Shown piece after piece: positions 1 to 13,771 of a DNA stretch of 48,767 nucleotides. This stretch comes from Octopus bimaculoides. Lineage: Eukaryota. Each line of letters starts with the position of its first letter. The stretch's first letter is position 1. Where the stretch lies: the NCBI RefSeq assembly GCF_001194135.2, contig NC_068984.1, positions 140,368,832-140,417,598 of the forward strand, read 5' to 3'. A program made the translations under genes and the position numbers. Below the pieces are notes generated by a model that searched no databases, was not told the origin of the DNA, and saw only the letters and a program-made list of their open reading frames with translations.

Positions 1-768
1 TATATATATATATATATATATATGCGCACGCATATGCACCAACTTATCTTGTTTATATATTTAGTTTCTCTCTGAAAATTCTGAATTCCGTAATATGATC
101 TGAAATAGATTCAGAGGTAATTGATGTTAAATCCTGTGTAGGTATGTAAAAGGATTAATTTAAAGCCACCCCATACCTTCACCTCTTTATTATCTACCTT
201 ATCTTTCTTTGCAAGATCTCTCCCATTTATCCTTTTTGTCTCTTTTATTTCTCTCTCTCTCTCTCTCTCTCTTAATATCAGGAATGTCTTGAACAGTAAC
301 ATAGCATCAGAGTTGAACTGTTGGTCTATTTTTATACCTTAATATTTGCAAGCAGCTTCCCATTATCCACCTTTTGTTATCTTTCTTGTCCAGTTTTATG
401 CATTACATGCAATTACTGGGAAATATTTAATCGTAAATGTATTTGTTCCACCTCTCTCAAATGTTTTGTACGTATGTATGTATGTATGTATGTATTATAG
501 AATGTTAGGTGCAGTGTACAGATATTGAATATTGAGAAGAAAGGTGACAAGAATTTTGGGGAAAATCTTTTTATTTATTCATTATTATTAGTTCTCAAAC
601 TTGTCAAATAGGATTTTGTGAATGTACAAACAGCTTGTTCATACATTCACAAAATTCTGTTTGACAAGTTTGAGAAACAAACGAAAGCACTAATAATAAT
701 GAATAAAGAAAAAGATTTTTCCCAAAATTCTGGCAACCTTCTTTTCTCTCTCTTTCTCTTTATGTATA

Positions 769-821
<53 letters not shown>

Positions 822-1808
822 GCACACACACACACACGTCTATATACACATCTTTTATAGACAGAAAACATCTAAATGTATCTATTTGTTTTTATATCAG
901 TTTTTTGGGTGCTTTTACGTGCCACTGGCATGGGTGCCATTTATGTGACACCAGTATCTGTCACAATTGCAATTTTGCTTGGTATAATGGGTCTTCTTCT
1001 CAAGCATGACATAATGCCAAAGATCTTGGTCATTGCNNNNNNNNNNTGAGATAGAAGTTGTTTCCTGTTTGTTTGCAGTCTTTATTGCACCTTTATTGCA
1101 TATATATATAAATATGCATTTGTGTGTGTTTCTCTCTATGTCTTTGTGTTTGTACCCCTGCTGTTTGACAACTGGTGTTGGTTTGTTTACATCTCCATAA
1201 CTTAACAGTCTGGCAAAAGAGACTGATAGAATAAGTGTCAAGCAATAAGCATTGAGGTCAGTTTGTTTGATTGACACCCCTTCCTTCTCCCGTACTTCAA
1301 GACACTACCCCAACATCACTGCAGTCAAAGGACTGAAATGAATAAACTCTGTGCATGCGTGTTCTGGAATGCCACAATTCTATGCACTGAACAACTGGAA
1401 CACTGATTCACAGAAATTTATGTAAATTACATATATAAGACATTTATCAGCTTTAATCTAGAACATTCAATAGTTTAGGTTTAGTGAGAGGCTGAGGGTG
1501 GTGTTTTCTTTTGCTCTCCTAGATTAGGACTGCTAAGCATATAATCTTCATTTAAAATCTTAACTGCTAATGTGTACCGTGTAATTATATTCATGCTTGT
1601 ATGTATATATTATCATCATCATTATTATGTTTAGTGTTTATTTTTTAAGCGCTGATGTGGCTGTGTGGTAATAAATTTGTTTCGCAACCACATGACCTCA
1701 GGTTCAGTTCCGCTATGTGGCACCCTGAACACGTGTCTTCTACTTGAGCCCTGGGCCAGCCAAAACCCTGTGAGTGAATTTTGTAAACAGAAGCTGAAAA
1801 AAGCCATC

Positions 1809-1843
<35 letters not shown>

Positions 1844-2178
1844 AGATCTCGAAAAAAAATTTTCAAGAACCTTCTGATTCTTTTAATGTGCTAGTTTCCT
1901 GGTATTAAATTGATATTAATTAATATCGAATTTTTACCATATTATGTTAATTATATATATATATATATATATTATTTTTGTACTTGTTTCAGTGACTTGA
2001 TTGCGCCCATGCTGGGGCACTGCCTTGAAGAATATTTAGTCGAATGAATCCACCCCGGGACTCGTTTCCACTTGAAGCCTGGTGTTTATTTTATTGGTCT
2101 GTTTTGCTAAACTGCTAAGTTACAGGGATGTAAACACACCAACACCAGTTGTCAAATGGTGGTGGTAGACAAACAGTT

Positions 2179-2209
<31 letters not shown>

Positions 2210-2219
2210 TACATAAATG

Positions 2220-2258
<39 letters not shown>

Positions 2259-2849
2259 NNNNNNNNNNNNNNNNNNNNNNNNNNNNNNNNNNNNNNNNNN
2301 NNNNNNNNNNNNNNNNNNNNNNNNNNNNNNNNNNNNNNNNNNNNNNNNNNNNNNNNNNNNNNNNNNNNNNNNNNNNNNNNNNNNNNNNNNNNNNNNNNNN
2401 NNNNNNNNNNNNNNNNNNNNNNNNNNNNNNNNNNNNNNNNNNNNNNNNNNNNNNNNNNNNNNNNNNNNNNNNNNNNNNNNNNNNNNNNNNNNNNNNNNNN
2501 NNNNNNNNNNNNNNNNNNNNNNNNNNNNNNNNNNNNNNNNNNNNNNNNNNNNNNNNNNNNNNNNNNNNNNNNNNNNNNNNNNNNNNNNNNNNNNNNNNNN
2601 NNNNNNNNNNNNNNNNNNNNNNNNNNNNNNNNNNNNNNNNNNNNNNNNNNNNNNNNNNNNNNNNNNNNNNNNNNNNNNNNNNNNNNNNNNNNNNNNNNNN
2701 NNNNNNNNNNNNNNNNNNNNNNNNNNNNNNNNNNNNNNNNNNNNNNNNNNNNNNNNNNNNNNNNNNNNNNNNNNNNNNNNNNNNNNNNNNNNNNNNNNNN
2801 NNNNNNNNNNNNNNNNNNNNNNNNNNNNNTTTTTTTTAATCTTTCTTAG

Positions 2850-3024
2850 AATCTGAATTGCCAGTGATCATTGGAAACTTTCTATCTGGTTATTATGAAG
2901 CTGTCATTGCTGATCCATTTACCACAGAAGTGGTCGGTGGAGATTTGGAAGAACTCCTGCCTTCAGAAATCCAAGCACTAGTTCTCAAAAACATTGATTC
3001 TCTACTGTCTACAGATACTAAAAG
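2850..3024 (+). CDS. TTC27: TTC27 exon ([23 protein letters not shown]...STDTK)
   Basis: TAG acceptor 2847-2849, GTAAAA donor at 3025; open frame; phase 1 in, phase 2 out, matching the next exon. Confidence 0.8.
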
Positions 3025-3666
3025 GTAAAAGTCATGGACACTTAACACGCACTATTCTTTTCTTTTTTGTGTTTTTTTAGAATTTTTTTCATCTGATGCT
3101 CGTTAGGACAACAGTTTTATAGATAAATGTCTGTCCTTCTTAATTTTATGTGGTAGATATGGCAACTGTTTATAAATACATTGATTAAATATACATAGAT
3201 TTATGCCAGCATATGTATGCATGTATCATCATCCTTTAGCGTTCATTTTCCATGCTGGCATGGGTTGAACAGTTTGACCAGAGGTGGAGAGCTGCACCAA
3301 GTTCTAATCTGTTTTGGCATGGGTTCTACGACTGGATACCCTTCCCAATGCCAACCACATTACAGTGGGTGCTGTGGCCCCATGAGTGCTTTTACATGGC
3401 ATCAGCACAAGACTTTTGCGGGCCAGCCCTCTTTACCAGGGGATGCAGCCTTAGTGCTTCTACTGTGGGGGGACAAGTCTTCTTGAGTACAGCAAAGCAT
3501 CAAGTATCTCAGTCCTTTGTCATTTCATCTGAGAGATTCAGCGTCTGAAAGTCATCCTTCAGGACTTCATCCCATGTCTTCCTGGGTCTCCATCTTTAAA
3601 GTGTGCCATCCACTTTGAAAAATCAGCACTTTTTTATGCATCTAATATTGTGTGTGTATGTGTATA

Positions 3667-3703
<37 letters not shown>

Positions 3704-6700
3704 GGTCCGACCCATGCTAGCATGGAAGACAGACATNNNNNNNNNNNNNNNNNNNNNNNNNNNNNNNNNNNNNNNNNNNNNNNNNNNNNNNNNNNNNNNN
3801 NNNNNNNNNNNNNNNNNNNNNNNNNNNNNNNNNNNNNNNNNNTATAGCCTCGGGCCAACCAAAGCCTTGTGAGTGGATTTGGTAGACGGAAACTGAAAGA
3901 AGCCCATCGTATATATGTATGTATGTTTGTCCCCCCACCATCACTTGACAACCGATGCTGGTGTGTTTACGTCCCCGTAACTTAGCGGTTCGGCAAAAGA
4001 GACTGATAGAATAAGTACTAGGCTTACAAAGAATAAGTCCTGGGGTCGATTTGCTCGATTAAAAGCAGTGCTCCAGCATGGCCACAGTCAAATGACTGAA
4101 ACAAGTAAAAGAGAGAGTAAAAGATATATAGTTACAAACAAGAAATGTGGTATGGGCAAGTCATTTTAATGCATCACTTAACAATTGTTTTATCTGAATT
4201 TGATTTCATCAGCTGTGCCATATTATGCAATAATATCTGCAACAATTGATTATTGTCCGAATGTCTTTGACATGACACCTTCTCAATCAGACTCATCAGA
4301 ATTAGATATCAAATTAATTTGCTAATTACCGATGAGTCTTATTCGGAATTTGCCATTTTAATGGCACTTGGAGAATAATTGATTGTTGCATCTATTATTG
4401 CATAATATGGCAAGGCTGATGAGGTCAAATTCAGATGAAACAATTGTAAAGCAATGTATTAAAATGGCTTACTCTCTCCAGTTTTCTTGTTTGTAATTTA
4501 AAAAAACTCTACAGATGTTTGTGGATTTTCAGACGTGTCTCATAAAAAAAAAATCTCTAGATTATTGTCTTTTCTGATAGCCAATACCCATGGATGAGCT
4601 TAATAGAGTAAACTCCAGAGTTAATACCCAAATAAAATTAATATTATTATATATGAGAAAAAAAAACAAACACAGACAATTCAAATGAATGGCTCACATA
4701 TAGGATCATAAAGTGACATAATATGGAAAAACAGACGAGCACAATCTCCCCTCATCAGCTGTTGATTTAAAGTCAAAGCAGTTTCAGCACTTTAAGAACA
4801 GGACCACTTATTTCAGACTGCCAGTAGATTTTATAAGGACTATTACTACAGAATAATGATGTAGTTAGAACAGGTTCAACTGCTACTCCCTTCTTCAAAA
4901 TAACTCAAATTTGCTTTTTATCCTTTTGAAAGTTGATAAAATAAAGCACCAGACGAATACTGGATTTGGTTTTATCAACTAACACCCTCCCCTCAAATCT
5001 TCTGCCTTTGTGTTTAAATTAGAAACCATTAATATTCATGGTATGCAGGAATGCTTTACATTCGGAATCAATGCCCTTGATACTAAGTCACAGCCAGTTC
5101 TCTTAGATGTTGAGGACCTTTCTTGCAATCCTTATTGTTCCCAATAGAGCAGATTTCTGAATTAATGAAACTCTCCTACTTATACCAATCTCAGTAATGG
5201 AGCTTTTAAGACTGATGAGCTATTAAGTCCGTTGGTAATTATGTTCTGAGTTCAAATTCTGCCATGGTTGACTTTGCCTTTCATCCTTTCGGGGTTGATA
5301 AATTAAGTACCAGTGAAACACTGGGGACAATGTAATTGACTAGCTCCCGGCCTTAAAATTTCAGGCCTTGTGCCTATAGCAGAAAGGATTATTATTATTA
5401 TCATTAATATTATTTATTTTCTTTCCTCTTAACTTCCACTCTCCTGAAAAACACTGAAAACCTCAGCGCATTGAAAATTCTTGTGGTTGGAGTTTCATGC
5501 CTACAAATATTCCTGCAAAATAATTGGACAGGACCACTCACAGAAGCCTTTTCTTTAGAGAAATTCTACCAGAATTGGTGCCCTAAAGTTATATATCAGG
5601 TGAGTGCTCCATCTTTTCACTTCCGCTTATCTTTGTTTTTATAGTATTGTTTCTTTTGATGAAGCACAGGTTATTTTGTTTCATCGTGCAGCATACTACT
5701 TACTCGATTCTATTGCCCTCTGAAAATAATCCATAGTTGCATATATTATTGCATAATATGGCAAGATTGATGTGATTGAATTCAGATGAAACAATTGTTT
5801 TTCATTTTTTCATATTTAATTAGAACATTTGTCTACCTTTATTGTTTAGTTGAGGAAGATGGAATGTACTTGTAATCCTGATAGGTTCTCCCACAGTGGT
5901 GGTGAGGATTGATGTTCAGCTTGAACATCACCATCATCATCATCACCATTTAACATCCATTTTCCATGGTGCTTTTTATGTACCACCGGCACAGGAGCCA
6001 GTCAGGTGGGACTGGCAGTGACCATGCTTCAGTGGTGCTTTTTATGTGCTACCAGCACTGACATCCACCATGCTCAAATGGTGCTTTTTATGTGCCACCA
6101 GCACTGGCATCAGCCACATTTGAATGGTGCTTTTTATGTATCACTGGCACAGGTGCCAGTCAGGCAGCATGGGCATTGGCCCTGACAACGATTTCACTTG
6201 ACTCAACCAGTCTTAAGACCAAAATGAGATAATACTTAATGGTTTTATCTCCCTCTCAGGTTGTGTCACTTTCTGATGGCAGTCTTAATAAGTGACAAAT
6301 TTCTTCTGAAATTCTCAATAGAAAATCTCATTACAAAATGTTTTCATGTATCTCGTAGTTGCATTTTGTTTATCTTTGATCTTCACTAAATGTCTCCCCT
6401 TTTCTGCCCCTTTTCCTTGCAGGAAGACAAACTCCACAGTCTTTTAGTGAAGGAACTCTGCAAAGATGGGGAAGCTGTCTATAAACTCTGCCGTCAGTTA
6501 CCTTGCTTTTTTCTTGCCACAAGCATCCTGCTTGAAAGCTCTACATTCCGTCAGCAACTCTGGGTACGTAGTCTTCACCAAAACAATGTTTGGTATATTC
6601 TTCTTTATCTCTGTTGTCTTCAGTCTCTCTACTTTTTATTCTGTCTTCTCTCTTTTGCTCATCTTTATTCTCACATTCTCTGTTTTCCTTTCACTTTTTC

Positions 6701-9700
6701 ACTCTTAGGCAAGTGTTCTCTACTATAGCCCCAGACTGGCCAATGCCTTACGAGCAAATTTGGTTGATGGAAACTGTTTGAATATATATATATATATATA
6801 TATATAGGTGTAAAAAGGTTGAATGTTGATTCGTCTTTTAATTTTGGAGGTTTCCAAAAAGAGATTCCTAATGTTGGTTCTTCATACTTTGCTGGTAGTT
6901 TACAGGTGTAAATTTGCGAAGATATGAAAGTAGTTCTTGTATATATGTATGATGAATTTATGGAAAGAAGTCCCATAAAATTCATCAATTTATTTAAAAC
7001 TGGAGGAGACAAGTTAATATATATATAATTTCTTTATTGCCCACTACGCTCTTGGAGTGGTTGGTGTTAGGAAGGGCCATCTCATTTTTACCAGCTGAAT
7101 GAACTGGAGTAACGTGAAATAAAGTATCTTGCTCAAGGGCACAATGCATTGCCAGGAATTGAAACCAGGACCTTATAACTGCAAGCTGAATACCCTAACT
7201 ACTAAGCCATGTGCCTTATTTACTCGTAGCACTCCGCTACTTGCAATGACGAGGGTTCCAGCCATGTCACATTCTGTGTCATGCTGAATCTTCCTGAGAA
7301 TTACATTAAGGTTGCATATGCCTGTGGAGTGCTCAGCCATTTGCATGTTAATTTCCCAAGCTGGCTGTTCCATTGATCATACCAACTGGAACACTTGTCG
7401 TAACTGATCGAGTGCCAATTAGTAAATAAGCAATTACACTTGTGAAACATAATTGTTGATTGGCAGACTTTCAAACTAGCCGCCATTACTTCATGAAGAA
7501 GAAAAAGGGCAAAGAATTGAGTGATTATTTCCTTCTGTTAAAGGAATCTTTTGTCCAAAACATTCAATTTTTTTAACTTTTTTGCCCTCCAATTCCGTAT
7601 CCTTTTCTGGTAAATTTTTACTGGTATATTTCTCTGTGAGGTAATGAAAGCTATTCTGAAAGCTCACCAATCATTTGTTTCAACTATGCCCATCTCATAT
7701 TTTTAGATACATTTAAGATTATATTATCTTATGTTTCCTTCCTTTTGTAAGAGAGTAGAGCAGGATTTAAGGGAGATTTGGCTGGTGTTTCTAGCCATTC
7801 CTTTAACCATAGCCACTGGAAGGGAATATGAGGTCAATAATGCTAGAATATTCTTTTCTACTCTAGGCACAGAGCACAAAATATTTGGGGAGGGGCCAGT
7901 CGATTAGATTGACCCCAGTATGAAACTGGTACTTAATTTATCAAGCCCGAAAGGATGAAAAGCAATGTCAACCTCAGCGGAATTTTAACTCAGAACATAA
8001 AGACAGACCGAATACCAATAATGCTAGAATATTAAGGAAGCCTTGACTGATCATCTGATATAATATTCAATAAGTATTGTGAATTATTTGTTACAGAGTG
8101 GTGAATGGTGGCGGTTCCGGGTGGTGTCAGTTTACCAGAGGTTGCTGGATGACAAATCTCCCAGCCTGAAGGATATTGCTGATGAAGCACTAACTGCAAG
8201 TGAGTCTCTCTTTATGTTTTTCAGTCTTTCCTTTTTCATGATTCTACACACCCACACACACACACAGAGGCTCACGTATGGCTTTGTGACTAAAAGGATT
8301 GTTTTGCAGCTGTATGGTTTTAGATTGAATTCCACTGTGGGTTTTTATTCAAGGATAGTTGATAGATTGGATGAAATACTGATGAAAGGGCAATAATACT
8401 TGAAATATGCATATACACCCTTTCCCTATTTTTCTGGTAGAAGACATTTGCCCAAAGACTGAACCTGAAACCATGTGATTGGGAAATGACAAATTCACAC
8501 ATTGTATTAATATAATATTACTCTTTTTTCAGTGACACAGAAGATGGCACTGCTAGATAAGAAGAACAGGTAAAGTTTTACTTAAAATATTTTACAATTC
8601 AATCTTATTTTATCTTTTAACCAATTACAGTGTAAACAACTTAAAGCTTCGGTGAGATCACAGCTTAGCTTCAATGTAATGGCATCACTCACTCTGATAT
8701 ATGAGTGTCTGCATGCGTGTGTGTGTATGAACCATGTCTGAAAAGGTTATTGAAACTCACCTGGCAAGACAAAGTCCCAGACACGGAGGTCCTCTTGAGA
8801 GCTGATCTGCCAAACATTTACACACTGCTGAGGAGAACGCAGGTCAGGTGGGCAGGCCACCTTGTGTTCAAATGCCTGATACATGACTACCCAAAAGACT
8901 GTTTTGCAGTGAATTGTTAGAAGGAATGCGCACACAAGGTGGGCAGGAAAAATGTTTCAAAGATACATTCAAAGCCTCCCCGAAGTGCTTTCAGATCAAG
9001 CCTGACATCTGGGAAATGTAAGCACAGGATTGCCCTGCCTGGCATAACTGCACCAACAGAGGTGCCATTGCTTAACAGAATTGCAGGAGCATAAAGAAAA
9101 TGTGAGGTGCCCAAATCCAGAGCCAAATCCTTGCCTTCATTCCCAGCAGACCACCAGTGCCTGACCTGCAGCAGAACCTTCTGAGCACACACTGGCCTCA
9201 TCTTCTCCCATGTGATGTTCTGGTCATTGTCAACAATGACAGATGAACATTATTATTACCATCCATGTGGCTTCAGGTTCAATCCCACTGTGCAGTTCCT
9301 TAAGAAAATATCTTCCAAAGTTAGGCCTGTTATTTTTTTATCTTTTACTTGTTTCAATCATTAGACTGTGGCCATGCTGTGGCACCACTTTGAAGAATCT
9401 TTAGTCAAGTGAATCGACCTCAGTACTTTGTTTTATAAAGCCTGCTACGTATTCTATCAATCTCTTGCTGAACTGCTAAGTTACAAGGACATAAACACAC
9501 TAACACCAGTTGTCAAGTGGGGGTGGGGGACAAAGACTCACAGACAGACAAACACACACACGACAGGCTTCCTTTAGTTTCTGTCTACTAAATCTATTCA
9601 CAAGGCTTTGGTCAACCTGGGGATATATAGTATAAGATACATGCCAATAGTTCCACAAGTGGAATTGAACCCTGAAGTATTTGGTTGAGAAGCAAGCTTC

Positions 9701-12700
9701 TTACCACACAGCTACATATTCGTTTATATTAGGTTTCAAATTCTTTCTTAATATTATGTTGAATATTTTTGTAAGTCAAGTGCATTTTTGTAGGTCAGTG
9801 TAACCTCTCTCCCAAAATAGTGTTAAATACAAAGGATGTAATTTTTGTAATTCTGTTATTGTGTTTTTATTTTTTTCTTTAATTGTCTTAATCACCATTC
9901 CAGAGAACTTGAGATTTGTTATGAATTGGAAGCAGCATATTTAAAACAAGACTACTATGAATATCAAAAAGCCAAAGAACATTTCCTCAGTGCCGCAAAC
10001 ACAGCACACCTGAATGTTAGTCTCACAGGTAAGATATTTTAACTGAATATTTTAACTCACATTTTACACTTGAGTTTCATCATCATAATGGCCACTTTTC
10101 CACGCTTGCATGGGTCAGACAGAATTTACTGAAGCCTATTTTCTACAGCTTGATGCCCTTCCTGTTGTCAACCCTCATTTATGTCCATACAAGGTAATAT
10201 TTCCCCATGGACAGACATGTTTTTTGCAGAATATTGGAAATGAATGACTTTCATTTACAGCTGTCACTTAATGCCAAGGTAAGGAGACACGCACACGTGC
10301 ATGTGTGTGCATGCACACACAAACACACATACTCATTTTACAATTATCCAGTCATCACATGATGTCAAGGGTACACGCATATACACAATGGGCTTTTTCG
10401 GTTTCTGTCCACCAAACCCACTCGAGGCTTTCGTTGGCCGATGGCTGTAGTAGAAGACGGTTGTATTGCTGTGTGCTGACAGTAAAAGACATGGAAAAAG
10501 TGATGAGGTCAGACCTAGGGATGTTGGGCCTTGAAAATAAGATGATGTCAGATGACAACTGATATATTACCATAGTGTACATGTATAGGTGCAGGCATGG
10601 TTGTGTGTTTAGAAAGGTTGTTTCCCAACCATGTGATCTTGGGTTCAGTCTAACTATGCAGCACCTTGGGTGTCTTCTACAACAGCACTGGACTGACCAA
10701 AGCCTTGTGAGGGATTTGGTAGATGGAAATTGAAAGAAACCTGCCATGCATGTATCTGTGTGTGTGTGTGTGTGTATGAATATATATATATATATATATA
10801 TATATACACTTTGCTCTTAGCCACATAAAAGCACCCTCTACACTCTGAGTGGTTGACATTAGGAAGGGGATCTAGCTGTAGAAACCATTCCAAATCAGAC
10901 GAGTCTGGTGCAGCCTTTCAGCTTACCAGCTCTGGTCGAACCATCCAACCCATGCCAGCATGGGCAATGGACGTTAAATGATGGTGATGATGATACACAC
11001 ACCACACACACACACTAATTTGTTGAATCCAAAATGTCTTAATACAGACTAGTCAAAGAATATTTTCTAAATTGTGAATACATGTGTGTTTATGGATATT
11101 ATTAATTCAGTGAATAAACGTGTGTGTGTGTGTGTGTCTGTTGTTTGTTTCCAGTCTTCCATGAAAAGTATATCTAGCCATGGAAAATATTACCTTAATT
11201 GGAAACAGGTGATAATTGGCAACAGGAAGGGCAGGTATTTATAGTGATGTCGGTGTTATCCATTTTTGGTGGTAACATTGGCTTAATGACACACTATAAT
11301 TTAGTCAGTATGAGAGAGAAGGAAGACATTGTATCTGCTCATAATAACAAGAGGATAGAACACACGAGGCGCTTGTATTAAGTCATAACTTTTATTCTTG
11401 GAGATAATGCGTTCACATACGAAGTTAGTTGAAAGAAGCTTATAACATTACATGAATGTGTTCTGTCTGCAGTTACATGTCTCCAAGTAAGAAAGGTGAA
11501 CGAGTGGGCTTAAGTGCGGCGGTTTGATCCAGTCCATGTTGAGGAACCAACATGCATCAAATCGCTTGAATTAGAATTTCTTTCCTTTATATAGGGTTGG
11601 ACTGGAAGTCCCCGGCTTCCGAGTAAAACCGGAAGTTCTAGAAGAATCTCGAACATTCTAGAAGCTCGAGGGAGGTTACTCTCGTGACATCCCCTTTCTG
11701 TTTTGCTTGTCGTCATAACTACCAGGGGTCACTACACCTTTGATCATATAAAATCCACCTCATTAAACTCTGTCCGACTCATGCAAGCATGGAAAAATTG
11801 ACAAAATGATAATGATACACATGTCAACTTGTAAGAACCTAATTTTGAATTTTTTTTTTTTTTTTGTCTTGCACGTACTTGGTGACCCTGTCAGAGCAGG
11901 TGTCACTTAAAAGCACTCGGTCCGCACTGTAAAGTGATTGGTGTTCAGAAGGGCATCCAGCTGTAAAAACCCTTGCCAAAACTGACCTCCTCTGTGCTTG
12001 TGCCATGTAAAAAAACACTAAGTCCACTCTGCTGAGCGGTTGGTGTTAGGAAGGGCATCCAGCTGTAAAAATCCTGCCAAAACAGTTACAAAAGTAACCA
12101 TCCCATCCATGCTAGCATGGAAGGCGGATATTAAACGATGATGATGATGACATTGTATCTCACCAAATGCATTCTATTGATTTCAATATTTCACTTTCTC
12201 TTTTTTCAATCAGGTGCATTAGGCAAACGCACACGTTTCCAAAGTAAAGATGTTGCCCAAGTTCTTTTGGAGGTGAAACGAACACAACCAGATGAGATGG
12301 AGGCTCAGGTCTTAGAGTTACATGTGCCTGCAGTTAAGCTTAATGCTTCCATGCTTCCAAAGGTATGGTATTTTGGTTTCGGTTTTTTTGTTTGAAAGAC
12401 TTCATTGTTTCCACATTTGCATAGGTCAGGCAGAATTTGTTCAAGTGGATTTTCTAAGGCCAGATGCCCTTCCTGTCACCAAACTCATCTGCTTCCAAAC
12501 TAGGTAATATTTCCCCATTGCCAGATATGTGGAAGAAGGAAAACAAACAGCATTGCTTGTGTGACGGTGGTGGTGCTTTATACTCATCACATAATGTCGA
12601 AACTGGGCTAAACACATCATCATATCACCATCATAGTTCATCTGTCATTGTCACCGATGACCAAGGACATCACATGGGAGAAGGAGATAAGGGCACGGTG

Positions 12701-13726
12701 TGTCCAGTTATGGTTGATCAGTCTAATGCGTGTTTGGAAGGTTCTACCACAAGCCAGGCACTGGTGGTCGGCTGGGACTAAAAGCAAGATGTTGACTCTG
12801 GAATTGTGCAGTTTGTATTTGCTTTATACCCGAATGACCCTGTTTTGTTTTTAGAAAATGGCACCTCTGTTGGTGTAGCCTCACCAGGCAGGGTGGTCTT
12901 GTGCTTGAGTTTCCCAGGTGTCAGGGTTGATCTCAAAGTTCTTCAGTGAAGCTTTGAGTATATTCTTGAAGTACTTTTTCTGTCCACCTTGTATGCACTT
13001 ACCTTCTGCCAGTTCTCTGTCAAACAGTCTCTCGAAGGGTCGCATGTCAGGCATTCAAACAAGGTGGCCTGCTCACCTGACTTGCATTCTCTTGGCAGAT
13101 CAGCTCAAGAAAGGATCTCTGTATCTGAGACCTTGTCTTGCCAAGTGATTTTCAACAGCTTTCTCAGTCAGTTCATCTGGAAGTGCTTTAGCTTTTTAGC
13201 AGGAGCGTATTCAGTACAACTGCTTGGTACACCTTCAGTTTGGTGGCCAGCCTAATGCCTATCCTCTCCCTCACTGATTCATGTTTACTTAAATACAAAC
13301 AGTGGGTTTCTGTCTTCCAAATCCACTTACAAGGCTTTGGTTGGCCTAGGGCTATAGTAGAAGATGCTGCATAGAGGGACTGAACCCAAAAACCACATGG
13401 TCGCAAAACAAGTTTCTCAACTGCACAGCCATATCTGTGCCCATATATTTAAACTAACCAAATCCAGCCCAAATAATCCATCTGTTTTATTTTCAAACTG
13501 ACCAGATCCGGCCTTTCACACTTATCCTACAATATCGTTCTGAAAATATACAAACACACCATCAAAATCTAGAAGCTAGAAGATAATTCATGATTAATTG
13601 AAAACAATCTAAACGAGTTAATCTTTTCATTTGACAGTAATCTAAAGGGCTTAGCATAAAATTTTTTCAAGTGTGCATTTACACAAAAGATACTTTTTCT
13701 AAGATTTTCTTAGCTCATAATGACTA

Positions 13727-13771
<45 letters not shown>

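Noticed and set aside
501-543. AG/GT-bounded phase-1 segment (NVRCSVQILNIEKK) as an upstream TTC27 exon
   Set aside because: Phase fits, but there is no in-frame ATG, the donor (GTGACA) is weak, and it has no recognisable similarity to TTC27.
2149-2856. Long ORFs spanning N gaps (also 24449-24890 and 39314-40421) and [12 protein letters not shown] ORFs
   Set aside because: Artefacts of Ns and microsatellites.
4416-4441. CTGATGAG...GAAAC hammerhead-like motif
   Set aside because: Stem II is only 3 weak pairs, there is no stem I or UH geometry, and it lies in a MITE TIR.
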